NCBI GenBank assembly: GCA_964016885.1
Contig: OZ024742.1
Span: 163,246,001-163,310,000 of the forward strand
Length of the DNA stretch: 64,000 bases
Direction of reading: 5' to 3'
Source of the DNA: Eledone cirrhosa
Lineage: Eukaryota
Shown here: piece after piece, positions 40,600-55,700 of the stretch
How the letters are laid out: each line of letters begins with the position of its first letter
Numbering within the stretch: the first letter of the stretch is position 1
Notes under the pieces: generated by a model
Told to the model about the DNA's origin: nothing
Seen by the model: only the letters and a program-made list of their open reading frames with translations
The model's database searches: none
Made by a program: the position numbers and the translations under genes

Positions 40600-43215
40600 T
40601 AGGAATTTTAGGAATTTTAATAATTTTAGGAATTTTAGGAATTTTTGGAATTTTGGGAATTTTAGGAATTTTAGGAATTTTAGGAATTTTAAGAATTATA
40701 GGAATTTTAGGAATTTTAGGAATTTTAAGAATTTTAGGAATTTTAGGAAATTTAGGAATATTTTGAATTTCTTGGAATTTTATGAATTTTTATGAATTTT
40801 ATGAATTTTATGAATTTTTGGAATTTTAGGAATTTTAGGAATCTTAGGAATTTTATGAACTTATTGAATTTTAGGAATTTTAATTTTATGAATTTTTGGA
40901 ATTTGAGGAATTTTAGGAATTTTATGAATTTTAGGAATTTTACGAATTTTAGGAATTTTATAAATTTTAGGAATTTTAGGAATTTTATGAATTATATAAA
41001 TTTTAGGAATTTTAGGAATCTTAGGAATTTTATGAATTTTATAAATTTTATGAATTTTATGAATTTTAGGAATTTTAGGAATTTTATGAATCTTAGGAAT
41101 TTTAAGAATTTTAGGAATTTTAGGAATTTTATGAATTATATAAATTTTAGGAATTTTAGGAATCTTAGGAATTTTAGGAATTTTATAAATTTTATGAATT
41201 TTAGGAATTTTAGGAATTTTAGGAATTTTATGAATTTTAGTAATTTTAAGAATTTTAGGAATTTTAGGAATCTTAGGAATTTTAGGAATTTTAGGAATTT
41301 TATGAAATTCAAGAATTTTAGGAATTTTTTGAATTTCTTGAATTTTCGGAATTTTAGTAATTTTTTGGAATTTTTGTAATTTTATGAATTTTTATGAATT
41401 TTATGAATTTTATGAATTTTATGAATTTTATGAATTTTATGAATTTTATAAATTCTATGAATTTTATAAATTTTATGAATTTTATGAATTTTAGGAATTT
41501 TAGGAATTTTAATAATTTTAGGAATTTTAGGAATTTTTGGAATTTTGGGAATTTTAGGAATTTTAGGGATTTTAGGAATTTTAAGAATTTTAGGAATTTT
41601 AGGAATTTTAGGAATTTTAAGAATTTTAGGAATTTTATGAAATTTAGGAATTTTTTGAATTTTTTGGAATTTTATGAATTTTTATGAATTTTATGAATTT
41701 TATGAATTTTATGAGTTTTTGGAATTTTAAGAATTTTAGGAATCTTAGGAATTTTATGAACTTATTGAATTTTAGGAATTTTAATTTTATGAATTTTTGG
41801 AATTTGAGGAATTTTAGGAATTTTAGGAATTTTAGGAATTTTACGAATTTTAGTAATTTTATAAATTTTACGAATTTTAGGAATTTTATGAATTATATAA
41901 ATTTTAGGAATTTTAGGAATTTTAATAATTTTAGGAATTTTAGGAATTTTTGGAATTTTGGGAATTTTAGGAATTTTAGGAATTTTAGGAATTTTAAGAA
42001 TTATAGGAATTTTAGGAATTTTAGGAATTTTAAGAATTTTAGGAATTTTAGGAAATTTAGGAATATTTTGAATTTCTTGGAATTTTATGAATTTTTATGA
42101 ATTTTATGAATTTTATGAATTTTTGGAATTTTAGGAATTTTAGGAATCTTAGGAATTTTATGAACTTATTGAATTTTAGGAATTTTAATTTTATGAATTT
42201 TTGGAATTTGAGGAATTTTAGGAATTTTATGAATTTTAGGAATTTTACGAATTTTAGGAATTTTATAAATTTTAGGAATTTTAGGAATTTTATGAATTAT
42301 ATAAATTTTAGGAATTTTAGGAATCTTAGGAATTTTATGAATTTTATAAATTTTATGAATTTTATGAATTTTAGGAATTTTAGGAATTTTATGAATCTTA
42401 GGAATTTTAAGAATTTTAGGAATTTTAGGAATTTTATGAATTATATAAATTTTAGGAATTTTAGGAATCTTAGGAATTTTAGGAATTTTATAAATTTTAT
42501 GAATTTTAGGAATTTTAGGAATTTTAGGAATTTTATGAATTTTAGTAATTTTAAGAATTTTAGGAATTTTAGGAATCTTAGGAATTTTAGGAATTTTAGG
42601 AATTTTATGAAATTCAAGAATTTTAGGAATTTTTTGAATTTCTTGAATTTTCGGAATTTTAGTAATTTTTTGGAATTTTTGTAATTTTATGAATTTTTAT
42701 GAATTTTATGAATTTTATGAATTTTATGAATTTTATGAATTTTATGAATTTTATAAATTCTATGAATTTTATAAATTTTATGAATTTTATGAATTTTAGG
42801 AATTTTAGGAATTTTAATAATTTTAGGAATTTTAGGAATTTTTGGAATTTTGGGAATTTTAGGAATTTTAGGGATTTTAGGAATTTTAAGAATTTTAGGA
42901 ATTTTAGGAATTTTAGGAATTTTAAGAATTTTAGGAATTTTATGAAATTTAGGAATTTTTTGAATTTTTTGGAATTTTATGAATTTTTATGAATTTTATG
43001 AATTTTATGAATTTTATGAGTTTTTGGAATTTTAAGAATTTTAGGAATCTTAGGAATTTTATGAACTTATTGAATTTTAGGAATTTTAATTTTATGAATT
43101 TTTGGAATTTGAGGAATTTTAGGAATTTTAGGAATTTTAGGAATTTTACGAATTTTAGTAATTTTATAAATTTTACGAATTTTAGGAATTTTATGAATTA
43201 TATAAATTTTAGGAA
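40600..43215. repeat. 1,305-bp (145 x 9) tandem duplication in satellite B
   Basis: Anchors 40792/42097 (identical 195-aa translations), 41394/42699 and 41684/42989. Confidence 0.9.
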
Positions 43216-46164
43216 TTTTAGGAATCTTAGGAATTTTAGGAATTTTATAAATTTTATGAATTTTATGAATTTTAGGAATTTTAGGAATTTTAGGAATTTT
43301 AGGAATTTTAAGAATTTTAGGAATTTTAGGAATTTTATGAATTATATAAATTTTAGGAATTTTAGGAATCTTAGGAATTTTAGGAATTTTATAAATTTTA
43401 TGAATTTTATGAATTTTATGAATTTTAGGAATTTTATGAATTTTAGGAATTTTAAGAATTTTAGGAATTTTAGGAAATTTAGGAATTTTTTGAATTTCTT
43501 GGAATTTTATGAATTTTTATGAATTTTATGAATTTTATGAATTTTATGAATTTTTGGAATTTGAGGAATTTTAGGAATTTTATGAATTTTAGGAATATTA
43601 AGAATTTTAGTAACTTTTGGAATTTTATAAATTTTAGGAATTTTAGGAATTTTAGGAATTATATAAATTTTAGGAATTTTAGGAATCTTAGGAATTTTAG
43701 GAATTTTAGGAATTTTATGAAATTCAAGAATTTTAGGAATTTTTTGAATTTCTTGAATTTTCGGAATTTTAGTAATTTTTTGGAATTTTTGTAATTTTAT
43801 GAATTTTTATGAATTTTATGAATTTTATGAATTTTATGAATTTTATGAATTTTATGAATTTTATGAATTCTATGAATTTTATAAATTTTATGAATTTTAT
43901 GAATTTTAGGAATTTTAGAAATTTTAGGAATTTTAAGAATTTTAGGAATTTTATGAAATTTAGGAATTTTTTGAATTACTTGGAATTTTATGAATTTTTA
44001 TGAATTTTATGAATTTTATGAATTTTATGAGTTTTTGGAATTTTAGGAATTTTAGGAATCTTAGGAATTTTATGAACTTATTGAATTTTAGGAATTTTAA
44101 TTTTATGAATTTTTGGAATTTGAGGAATTTTAGGAATTTTAGGAATTTTAGGAATTTTACGAATTTTAGTAATTTTATAAATTTTAGGAATTTTAGGAAT
44201 TTTATGAATTATATAAATTTTAGGAATTTTAGGAATCTTAGGAATTTTAGGAATTTTATAAATTTTATGAATTTTATGAATTTTAGGAATTTTAGGAATT
44301 TTATGAATTTTATGAATTTTAAGAATTTTAGGAATTTTAGGAATTTTATGAATTATATAAATTTTAGGAATTTTTTGAATTTCTTGGAATTTTATGAAAT
44401 TTTATGAATTTTATGAATTTTATGAATTTTATGAATTTTTGGAATTTTAGGAATTTTTAGGAATTTTATGTATTTCATGAATTTTATGAATTTTTATGAA
44501 TTTTCTGAATTTTATGAATTATATAAATTTTAGGAATTTTAGGAATCTTAGGAATTTTAGGAATTTTAGGAATTTTATGAAATTCAAGAATTTTAGGAAT
44601 TTTTTGAATTTCTTGAATTTTAGGAATTTTAGTAATTTTTCTGGAATTTTCGTAATTTTTTGAATTTTTATGAATTTTATGAATTTTATGAATTTTATGA
44701 ATTTTAGGAATTTTATGAATTTTAAGAATTTTAGGAATTTTAGGAATTTTTTGAATTTCTTGGAATTTTATGAATTTTTATGAATTTTATGAATTTTATG
44801 AATTTTATGAATTTTTGGAATTTTAGGAATTTTAGGAATCTTAGGAATTTTATGAACTTTTTGAATTTTAGGAATTTTATTAATTTTATGAATTTTTGGA
44901 ATTTGAGGAATTTTTTGGAATTTTATGAATTTTAGGAATTTTACGAATTTTAGTAATTTTAGGAATTTTATAAATTTTCGGAATTTTAGGAATTTTATGA
45001 ATTATAAATTTTAGGAATTTTAGGAATCTTAGGAATTTTAGGAATTTTATGAATTTTATGAAACTTAAAATTTTACGAATTTTAGTAATTTTATGAATTT
45101 TATAAATTTTATGAATTTTATGAATTTTAGTAATTTTAGGAATTTTAGGAATTTAGGAATTTTAGGAATTTTAGGAATTTTAGGAATTTTAGGAATTTTA
45201 GGAATTTTAGGAATTTTAGGAATTTTAGGAATGTTTATGTATTTTAGGAATTTTATGAATTTTATGAATTTCATGAATTTTATGAATTTTATGAATTTTA
45301 TGAATTTTATGAATTTTTGGAGTTTTAGGAATTTTAATAATTTTAGGAATTTTAGGAATTTTGGGAATTTTAGGAATTTTTTGAATTTCTTGGAATTTTA
45401 GGAATCTTAGGAATTTTAGGAATTTTAGGAATTTTATGAAATTCAAGAATTTTAGGAATTTTTTGAATTTCTTGAATTTTCGGAATTTTAGTAATTTTTT
45501 GGAATTTTTGTAATATTATGAATTTTTATGAATTTTATGAATTTTATGAATTTTATGAATTTTATGAATTTTATGAATTTATGAATTTTAGGAATTTTAT
45601 AAATTTTATGAATTTTATGAATTTTAGGAATTTTAGGAATTTTAGGAATTTTAGGAATTTTAGGAATTTTAGGATTTTTATGAATTTTTGGAATTTTATG
45701 AATGTTAGGACTTTTATGAATTTTTGGAATTTTATGAATTTTATGAATTTTAGAAATGTTATGAAATTTAGGAAATTTAGGAATTTTTGGAATTTTGGGA
45801 ATTTTAGGAATTTTAGGAATTTTAGGAATTTTAGGAATTTTTTGAATTTTAGGAATTTTAGGAATTTTAGGAATTTTTTTGTATTTGAGGAATTTTATGA
45901 ATTTTATGAATTTTAGGAATTTTAGGAATTTTATGAATTATATGAATTTTTGGAATTTTAGGTATTTTGAGGAATTTTTTTTAATTTTCGGAATTTTATG
46001 TATTTTTAGGAATTTTAGGAATTTTAGGAATTTTAGGAATTTTTCCGAATTTTCGTAATTTTATGAATTTTTAGGAATTTTAGGAATTTTATGAATTTTA
46101 GGAATTTTACAATTTTACGAATTTTAGTAATTTTAGGAATTTTAGGAATTTTATGAATTTAGGA

Positions 46165-46770
46165 ATTTTAGGAATTTTAGGAATTTTAGGAATTTTAGTA
46201 ATTTTAGGAATTTTAAGAATTTTAGGAATTTTAGGAATTTTTGGGAATTTTCGGAATTTTATGAATTTTTAGGAATTTTAGGAATTTTAGGAATTTTATG
46301 AATGTTATTAATTTTATGAATTTTAGGAATTTTAGGAATTTTAGGAATTTTAGGAATTTTATGAATTTTATGAATTTTACGAATTTTAGAAATGTTATGA
46401 ATTTTAGGAATTTTAGGAATTTTAGGAATTTTAGGAATTTTACGAATTTTACAATTTTACGAATTTTAGTAATTTTAGGAATTTAGGAATTTTAGGAATT
46501 TTAGGAATTTTAGGAATTTTAGTAATTTTAGGAATTTTAAGAATTTTAGGAATTTTAGGAATTTTTGGGAATTTTCGGAATTTATGAATTTTTAGGAATT
46601 TTAGGAATTTTAGGAATTTTATGAATGTTATTAATTTTATGAATTTTAGGAATTTTAGGAATTTTAGGAATTTTAGGAATTTTATGAATTTTATGAATTT
46701 TACGAATTTTAGAAATGTTATGAATTTTAGGAATTTTAGGAATTTTAGGAATTTTAGGAATTTTAGGAAT
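46165..46770. repeat. 323-bp tandem duplication in satellite B (recurs at ~60310-60915)
   Basis: Anchors 46298/46621 and 60445/60768; TTTTTGGGAATTTTCGG and GAATGTTATTAA occur in both copies. Confidence 0.75.
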
Positions 46771-49700
46771 TTTTTTGAATTTTTTGAATTTTATGAATTT
46801 TTAGGATTTTTCTGAATTATATAAATTTTATGAATTTTAGGAATCTTAGGAATTTTAGGAATTTTATGAATTTTAGGAATTTTAGGAATTTTAAGGATTT
46901 TAGGAATTTTAGGAATTTTTTGGAATTCTTGGAATTTTCGGAATTTTCGGAATTTTTAGGAATTTTAGGAATTTTATGAATTTTATGAATTTTATGAATT
47001 TTATGAATTTTAGGATTTTTATGAATTTTCGAAATTTTTATGTATTTTAGGAATTTTATGAATTTTATGAATTTTATGAATTTTATGAATTTTAGGAATT
47101 TAGGAATTTTAGGAATTTTCAGGAATTTTTTTGAATTTTCGGAATTTTATGTATTTTTAGGAATTTTAGGAATTTTATGAATTTTATGAATTTTACAATT
47201 TTACGAATTTTAATTTAAGGAATTTTATAAATTTTATGAATTTTATGAATTTTATGAATTTTAGGAATTTTAGGAATTTAGGAATTTTAGGAATTTCTAT
47301 GAATTTTAGGAATTTTAAGAATTTTTTTGAATTTTTTGAATTTTATGAATTTTTAGGAATTTTCTGAATTTTATGAATTATATAAATTTTAGGAATTTTA
47401 GGAATCTTAGGAATTTTAGGAATTTTATGAATTTTAGTAATTTTAGGAATTTTTTGGAATTTTTGGAATTTTCGGAATTTTCGGAATTTTCAGGAATTTT
47501 AGGAATTTTATGAATTTTATGAATTTTATGAACTTTATGAATTTTAGGATTTTTATGAATTTTTTGAATTTTAGGAATTTTAGGAATTTTTTAAATTTTA
47601 GGAATTTTAGGAATTTTAGGAATTTTTATGTATTTTAGGAATTTTAGCAAGTTTATGAATTCTATGAATTTTAGGAATTTTATGAATTTTATGAATTTTA
47701 GGAATTTAGGAATTTTAGGAATTTTGAGGAATTTTTTTGAATTTTAGGAATTTTATGTATTTTTAGGAATTTTAGGAATTTTAGGAATTTTTGGAATTTT
47801 AGGAATTTTAGGAATTTTAAGAATTTTAGGAATTTCGAGGAATTTTTTTGAATTTTCGGAACTTTATGTATTTTTAGGAATTTTAGGAATTTTAGGAATT
47901 TTATGAATTTTGGTAATTTTAGGAATTTTAAGAATTTTAGGAATTTTAGGAATTTTTTGGAATTTTAGGAATTTTAGGAATTTTTAGGAATTTTATGAAT
48001 TTTATGAATTTTCTGAATGTTATGAATTTTATGAATTTTATGAATCTTAGGAATTTTAGGATTTTTATGAATTTTTGGAACTTTAGGAATTTTAGGAATT
48101 TTAGGAATTTTTGGAATTTATGAATTTTATGAATTTGAGGAATTTGAGGACTTTCATGAATTTTAAGAATTTTAGGAATTTTAGGAATTTTTAGGAATTT
48201 TCTGAATTTTCTGAATTATATAAATTTTAGGAATTTTAGGAATCTTAGGAATTTTAGGAATTTTAGGAATTTTATGAATTTTATGAATTTTTGGAATTTT
48301 AGGAATTTTAGGAATTTTAGGAATTTTTGGAATTTTAGGAATTTTAGGAATTTTAAGAATTTTAGGAATTTCGATGAATTTTTTTGAATTTTCGGAATTT
48401 TATGTATTTTTAGGAATTTTAGGAATTTTAGGAATTTTAGGAATTTTTCCGAATTTTCGTAATTTTATGAATTTTTATGAATTTTAGGAATTTTATGAAT
48501 TTTATGAATTTTACAATTTTACGAATTTTAATTTAAGGAATTTTATAAATTTTATGAATTTTATGAATTTTATGAATTTTAGGAATTTTAGGAATTTAGG
48601 AATTTTAGGAATTTCTATGAATTTTAGGAATTTTAAGAATTTTTTTGAATTTTTTGAATTTTATGAATTTTTAGGAATTTTCTGAATTTTATGAATTATA
48701 TAGATTTTAGGAATTTTTTGGAATTTTTGGAATTTTCGGAATTTTCGGAATTTTAAGGAATTTTAGGAATTTTATGAATTTTATGAATTTTATGAACTTT
48801 ATAAATTTTAGGATTTTTATGAATTTTTGGAATTTTAGGAATTTTAGGAATTTTTTAAATTTTAGGAATTTTAGGAATTTTAGGAATTTTTATGTATTTT
48901 AGGAATTTTAGCAAGTTTATGAATTCTATGAATTTTAGGAATTTCATGAATTTTATGAATTTTAGGAATTTAGGAATTTTAGGAATTTTGAGGAATTTTT
49001 TTGAATTTTCGGAATTTTATGTATTTTTAGGAATTTTAGGAATTTTAGGAATTTTATGAATGTTATTAATTTTATGAATTTTAGGAATTTTAGGAATTTT
49101 AGGAATTTTAGGAATTTTATGAATTTTATGAATTTTACGAATTTTAGAAATGTTATGAATTTTAGGAATTTTAGGAATTTTAGGAATTTTAGGAATTTTA
49201 GGAATTTTACAATTTTACGAATTTTAGTAATTTTAGGAATTTTAGGAATTTTATGAATTTATGAATTTTAGGAATTTTAGGAATTTTAGGAATTTTATGA
49301 ATTTTATGAATTTTTGGAATTTTAGAAATTTTGAGTAATTTTTTTGAATTTTCGGAATTTTATGTATTTTTAGGAATTTTAGGAATTTTAGGAATTTTAG
49401 GAATTTTTGGAATTTTAGGAATTTTAGGAATTTTATGAATGTTATGAATTTTATGAATTTTTGGAATTTTATGAATTTTATGAATTTTAGAAATGTTATG
49501 AATTTTAGGAATTTTAGGAATTTTAGGAATTTTAAGAATTTTAGGAATTTTAGGAATTTTATGAAATTTAGGAATTTTAAGAATTTTATTAATTTTATGA
49601 ATTTTTAGGAATTTTAGGAATTTTAGGAATTTTAGGAATTTTAGGAATTTCTATGAATTTTAGGAATTTTATGAATTTTATGAAATTCAAGAATTTTAGG

Positions 49701-52700
49701 AATTTTTTGAATGTTTTGAATTTTAGGAATTTTAGGAATTTTTCCGAATTTTCGTAATTTTATGAATTTTTAGGAATTTTAGGAATTTTTGAAATTTTAT
49801 GAATTTTATGAATTTTATGAATTTTAGGAATTTCTATGAATTTTAGGAATTTTAGGACTTTTAGGAATTTTAAAAATTTTAGGAATTTTATGAACTTTTG
49901 GAATTTTAGGAATTTTGAGGAATTTTTTTGAATTTTTGAATTTTATGTATTTTCAGGAATTTTAGGAATTTTATGAATTTTATGAATTTTAGGAATTTTA
50001 GGAATTTTAGTAATTTTAGGAATTTTAAGAATTTTATGAATTTTAGGAATTTTAGGATTTTTATGAATTTTTGGAATTTTAGGAATTTTAGGAATTTTAG
50101 GAATTTTAGGAATTTTAGTAATTTTAGGAATTTTAGGAATTTTAGGAATATTAGAAATTTTTGGAATATTAGGATTTATGAATTTTAAGAATTTTAGGAA
50201 TTTTGAGGTATTTTTTTGAATTTTCGGAATTTTATGTAATTTTAGGAATTTTATGAATTTTAGGAATTTTAGGAATTTTAGGAATTTTTGGAATTTTAGG
50301 AATTTTATGAATTTTAAGAATTTTAGGAATTTCGAGGAATTTTTTTGAATTTTCGGAATTTTATGTATTTTTAGGAATTTTATGAATTTTATGAATTTTA
50401 GGAATTTTAGGAATTTTATGAATTTTAGTAATTTTAGGAATTTTAAGAATTTTAGGAATTTTAGGAATTTTAGGATTTTTATGAATTTTTGGAATTTTAG
50501 GAATTTTAGGAATTTTAGGAATTTTAGGAATTTTAGGAATTTTAGGAATTTTAGTAATTTTAGGAATTTTCGTAATTTTATTAATTTTTAGGAATTTTAG
50601 GAATTTTAGGAATTTTAGGAATTTTAGGAATTTTAGGAATTTCAGGAATTTTAGGAATTTTTCATAAAAATGAATTTTAGGAATTTTAGGAATTTTAGGA
50701 ATTTTAAGAATTTTAGGAATTTTAGGAATTTTATGAAATTTAGGAATTTTAAGAATTTTAGGAATTTTATGAATTTTTAGGAATTTTAGGAATTTTAGGA
50801 ATTTTTCCGAATTTTCGTAATTTTAGGAATTTTTAGGAATTTTATGAATTTTATGAATTTTATGAATTTTATGAATTTTATGAATTTTATGAATTTTTGG
50901 AATTTTTGGAATTTTAGGAATTTTAAGAATTTTAGGAATTTCGAGGAATTTTTTTGAATTTTCGGAATTTTATGTATTTTTAGGAATTTTAGGAATTTTA
51001 GGAATTTTAGGAATTTTATGAATTTTAGTAATTTTAGGAATTTCGAGGAATTTTTTTGAATTTTCGGAATTTTATGTATTTTTAGGAATTTTAGGAATTT
51101 TAGGAATTTTAGGAATTTGGGGAATTTTAGGAATTTTTTGGAATTTTAGGAATTTTATGAATTTTAAGAATTTTAGGAATTTCGAGGAATTTTTTGAATT
51201 TTCGGAATTTTATGTATTTTTAGGAATTTTAGGAATTTTATGAATTTTAGGAATTTTAGGAATTTTATGAATTTTAGTAATTTTAGGAATTTTAAGAATT
51301 TTAGGAATTTTAGGAATTTTAGGATTTTTATGAATTTTTGGAATTTTAGGAATTTTAGGAATTTTAGGAATTTTAGGAATTTTATGAATTTTAGTAATTT
51401 TAGGAATTTTAGGAATTTTAGGAATTTTTGGAATTTTAGGAATTTTATGAATTTTAAGAATTTTAGGAATTTCGAGGAATTTTTTTGAATCTTCGGAATT
51501 TTATGTATTTTTAGGAATTTTAGGAATTTTATGAATTTTATGAATTTTAGGAATTTTATGAATTTTAGTAATTTTAGGGATTTTAAGAATTTTAGGAATT
51601 TTAGGAATTTTAGGAATTTTAGGAATTTTAGGAATTTTAGGAATTTTAGGAATTTTAGAAATTTTTGGAATATTAGGATTTATGAATTTTAAGAATTTTA
51701 GGAATTTTGAGGAATTTTTTTGAATCTTCGGAATTTTATGTATTTTTAGGAATTTTAGGAATTTTAGGAATTTTAGGAATTTTAGGAATTTTATGAATTT
51801 TAGGAATTCTAGGAATTTTAGGAATTTAAGGAATTTTTTGAATTTTAGGAATTTTAGGAATTTTAGGAATTTCTATGAATTTTAGGAATTTTATGAATTT
51901 TATGAAATTCAAGAATTTTAGGAATTTTTTGAATTTTTTGAATTTTAGGAATTTTAGGAATTTTTCCGAATTTTCGTAATTTTATGAATTTTTTTGAATT
52001 TTCGGAATTTTATGTATTTTTAGGAATTTTAGGAATTTTAGGAATTTTAGGAATTTTACAATTTTACGAATTTTAGTAATTTTAGGAATTTTAGGAATTT
52101 TATGAATTTAGGAATTTTAGGAATTTTAGGAATTTTAGGAATTTTAGTAATTTTAGGAATTTTAAGAATTTTAGGAATTTTAGGAATTTTTTGGAATTTT
52201 AGGAATTTTAGGAATTTTATGAATGTTATTAATTTTATGAATTTTATGAATTTCAGGAATTTTAGGATTTTTATGAATTTTTGGAATTTTAGGAATTTTA
52301 GGAATTTTAAGAATTTTATGAATTTTATGAATTTTATGAATTTTTCGAATTTTAGAAATGTTATGAATTTTAGGAATTTTAGGAATTTTAGGAATTTTAG
52401 GAATTTTAAGAATTTTAGGAATTTTAGGAATTTTTCTGAATTTTTTGAATTTTATGAATTTTTAGGAATTTTCTGAATTATATAAATTTTAGGAATTTTA
52501 GGAATCTTATGAATTTTATGAATTTTATGAATTTTAGTAATTTTAGGAATTTTAAGGATTTTATGAATTTTAGGAATTTTTTGGAATTTTTGGAATTTTC
52601 GGAATTTTAGAAATTTTTAGGAATTTTAGGAATTTTATGAATTTTATGAATTTTATGAATTTTAGGAATTTTAGGAATTTTAGGAATTTTATGAATTTTT

Positions 52701-55700
52701 ATGTATTTTAGGATTTATAGGAATTTTATGAATTTTATAAATTTTATGAATTTTATGAATTTTCGGAATTTTATGAATTTTAGGAATTTTAGGAATTTTA
52801 GGAATTTCTATGAATTTTAGGAATTTTAAGAATTTTTTTGAATTTTTTGAATTTTATGAATTTTTAGGAATTTTCTGAATTTTATGAATTATATAAATTT
52901 TAGGAATCTTAGGAATCTTAGGAATTTTAGGAATTTATGGAATTTTAGGAATTTTGAGGAATTTTTTTGAATTTTGGGAATTTTATGTATTTTTAGGAAT
53001 TTTAGGAATTTTAGGAATTTTTGGAATTTTAGGAATTTTATGAATTTTATGAATTTTATGAATTTTTATGAATTTTAGGAATTTTATGAATTTTATGAAT
53101 TTTACAATTTTACGAATTTTAATTTTAGGAATTTTATAAATTTTATGAATTTTATGAATTTTCGGAATATTATGTATTTTTAGGAATTTTAGGAATTTTA
53201 TGAATTTTTATGTATTTTAGGATTTATAGGAATTTTATGAATTTTATAAATTTTATGAATTTTATGAATTTTCGGAATTTTATGAATTTTAGGAATTTAG
53301 GAATTTTAGGAATTTCTATGAATTTTAGGAATTTTAAGAATTTTTTTGAATTTTTTGAATTTTATGAATTTTTAGGAATTTTCTGAATTTTATGAATTAT
53401 ATAAATTTTAGGAATTTTTTGGAATTTTTGGAATTTTCGGAATTTTCGGAATTTTAAGGAATTTTAGGAATTTTATGAATTTTATGAATTTTATGAACTT
53501 TATGAATTTTAGGATTTTTATGAATTTTTGGAATTTTATGAATTTTAGGAATTTTTTAAATTTTAGGAATTTTAGGAATTTTAGGAATTTTTATGTATTT
53601 TAGGAATTTTAGCAAGTTTATGAATTCTATGAATTTTAGGAATTTTATGAATTTTATGAATTTTAGGAATTTAGGAATTTTAGGAATTTTGAGGAATTTT
53701 TTTGAATTTTCGGAATTTTATGTATTTTTAGGAATTTTAGGAATTTTAGGAATTTTATGAATGTTATTAATTTTATGAATTTTAGGAATTTTAGGAATTT
53801 TAGGAATTTTAAGAATTATAGGAATTTTAGGAATTTTAGGAATTTTAAGAATTTTAGGAATTTTAGGAAATTTAGGAATATTTTGAATTTCTTGGAATTT
53901 TATGAATTTTTATGAATTTTATGAATTTTATGAATTTTTGGAATTTTAGGAATTTTAGGAATCTTAGGAATTTTATGAACTTATTGAATTTTAGGAATTT
54001 TAATTTTATGAATTTTTGGAATTTGAGGAATTTTAGGAATTTTATGAATTTTAGGAATTTTACGAATTTTAGGAATTTTATAAATTTTAGGAATTTTAGG
54101 AATTTTATGAATTATATAAATTTTAGGAATTTTAGGAATCTTAGGAATTTTATGAATTTTATAAATTTTATGAATTTTATGAATTTTAGGAATTTTAGGA
54201 ATTTTATGAATCTTAGGAATTTTAAGAATTTTAGGAATTTTAGGAATTTTATGAATTATATAAATTTTAGGAATTTTAGGAATCTTAGGAATTTTAGGAA
54301 TTTTATAAATTTTATGAATTTTAGGAATTTTAGGAATTTTATGAATTTTATGAATTTTAGTAATTTTAAGAATTTTAGGAATTTTAGGAATCTTAGGAAT
54401 TTTAGGAATTTTAGGAATTTTATGAAATTCAAGAATTTTAGGAATTTTTTGAATTTCTTGAATTTTCGGAATTTTAGTAATTTTTTGGAATTTTTGTAAT
54501 TTTATGAATTTTTATGAATTTTATGAATTTTATGAATTTTATGAATTTTATGAATTTTATGAATTTTATAAATTCTATGAATTTTATAAATTTTATGAAT
54601 TTTATGAATTTTAGGAATTTTAGGAATTTTAATAATTTTAGGAATTTTAGGAATTTTTGGAATTTTGGGAATTTTAGGAATTTTAGGGATTTTAGGAATT
54701 TTAAGAATTTTAGGAATTTTAGGAATCTTAGGAATTTTAGGAATTTTATAAATTTTATGAATTTTATTAATTTTAGGAATTTTAGGAATTTTATGAATTT
54801 TAGTAATTTTAGGAATTTTAGGAATTTTAGGAATCTTAGGAATTTTAGGAATTTTAGGAATTTTATGAAATTCAAGAATTTTAGGAATTTTTTGAATTTC
54901 TTGAATTTTCGGAATTTTAGTAATTTTTTGGAATTTTTGTAATTTTATGAATTTTTATGAATTTTATGAATTTTATGAATTTTATGAATTTTATGAATTT
55001 TATGAATTTTATAAATTCTATGAATTTTATAAATTTTATGAATTTTATGAATTTTATGAATTTTTAGGAATTTTCTGGATTTTCTGAATAATATAAATTT
55101 TAGGAATCTTAGGAATTTTAGGAATTTTAGGAATTTTATGAAATTCAAGAATTTTAGGAATTTTTTGAATTTTATGAATTTTAGTAATTTTTTGGAATTT
55201 TCGTAATTTTATGAATTTTTATGAATTTTATGAATTTTATGAATTTTATGAATTTTATGAATTTTAGGAATTTTAGGAATTTTATGAATTTTATGAATTT
55301 TATAAATTTTATGAATTTTATGAATTTTAGGAATTTTAGGAATTTTAATAATTTTAGGAATTTTAGGAATTTTGGGAATTTTGGGAATTTTAGGAATTTT
55401 AGGAATTTTAGGAATTTTAGGAATTTTACGAATTTTAGTAATTTTAGGAATTTTATAAATTTTACGAATTTTAGGAATTTTATGAATTATATAAATTTTA
55501 GGAATCTTAGGAATTTTATGAATTTTATAAATTTTAGGAATTTTATGAATTTTAGGAATTTTAGGAATTTTAATAATTTTAGGAATTTTAGGAATTTTTG
55601 GAATTTTGGGAATTTTAGGAATTTTAGGAATTTTAGGAATTTTAAGAATTTTAAGAATTTTAGGAATTTTATGAATTTTAGGAATTTTAAGAATTTTAGG

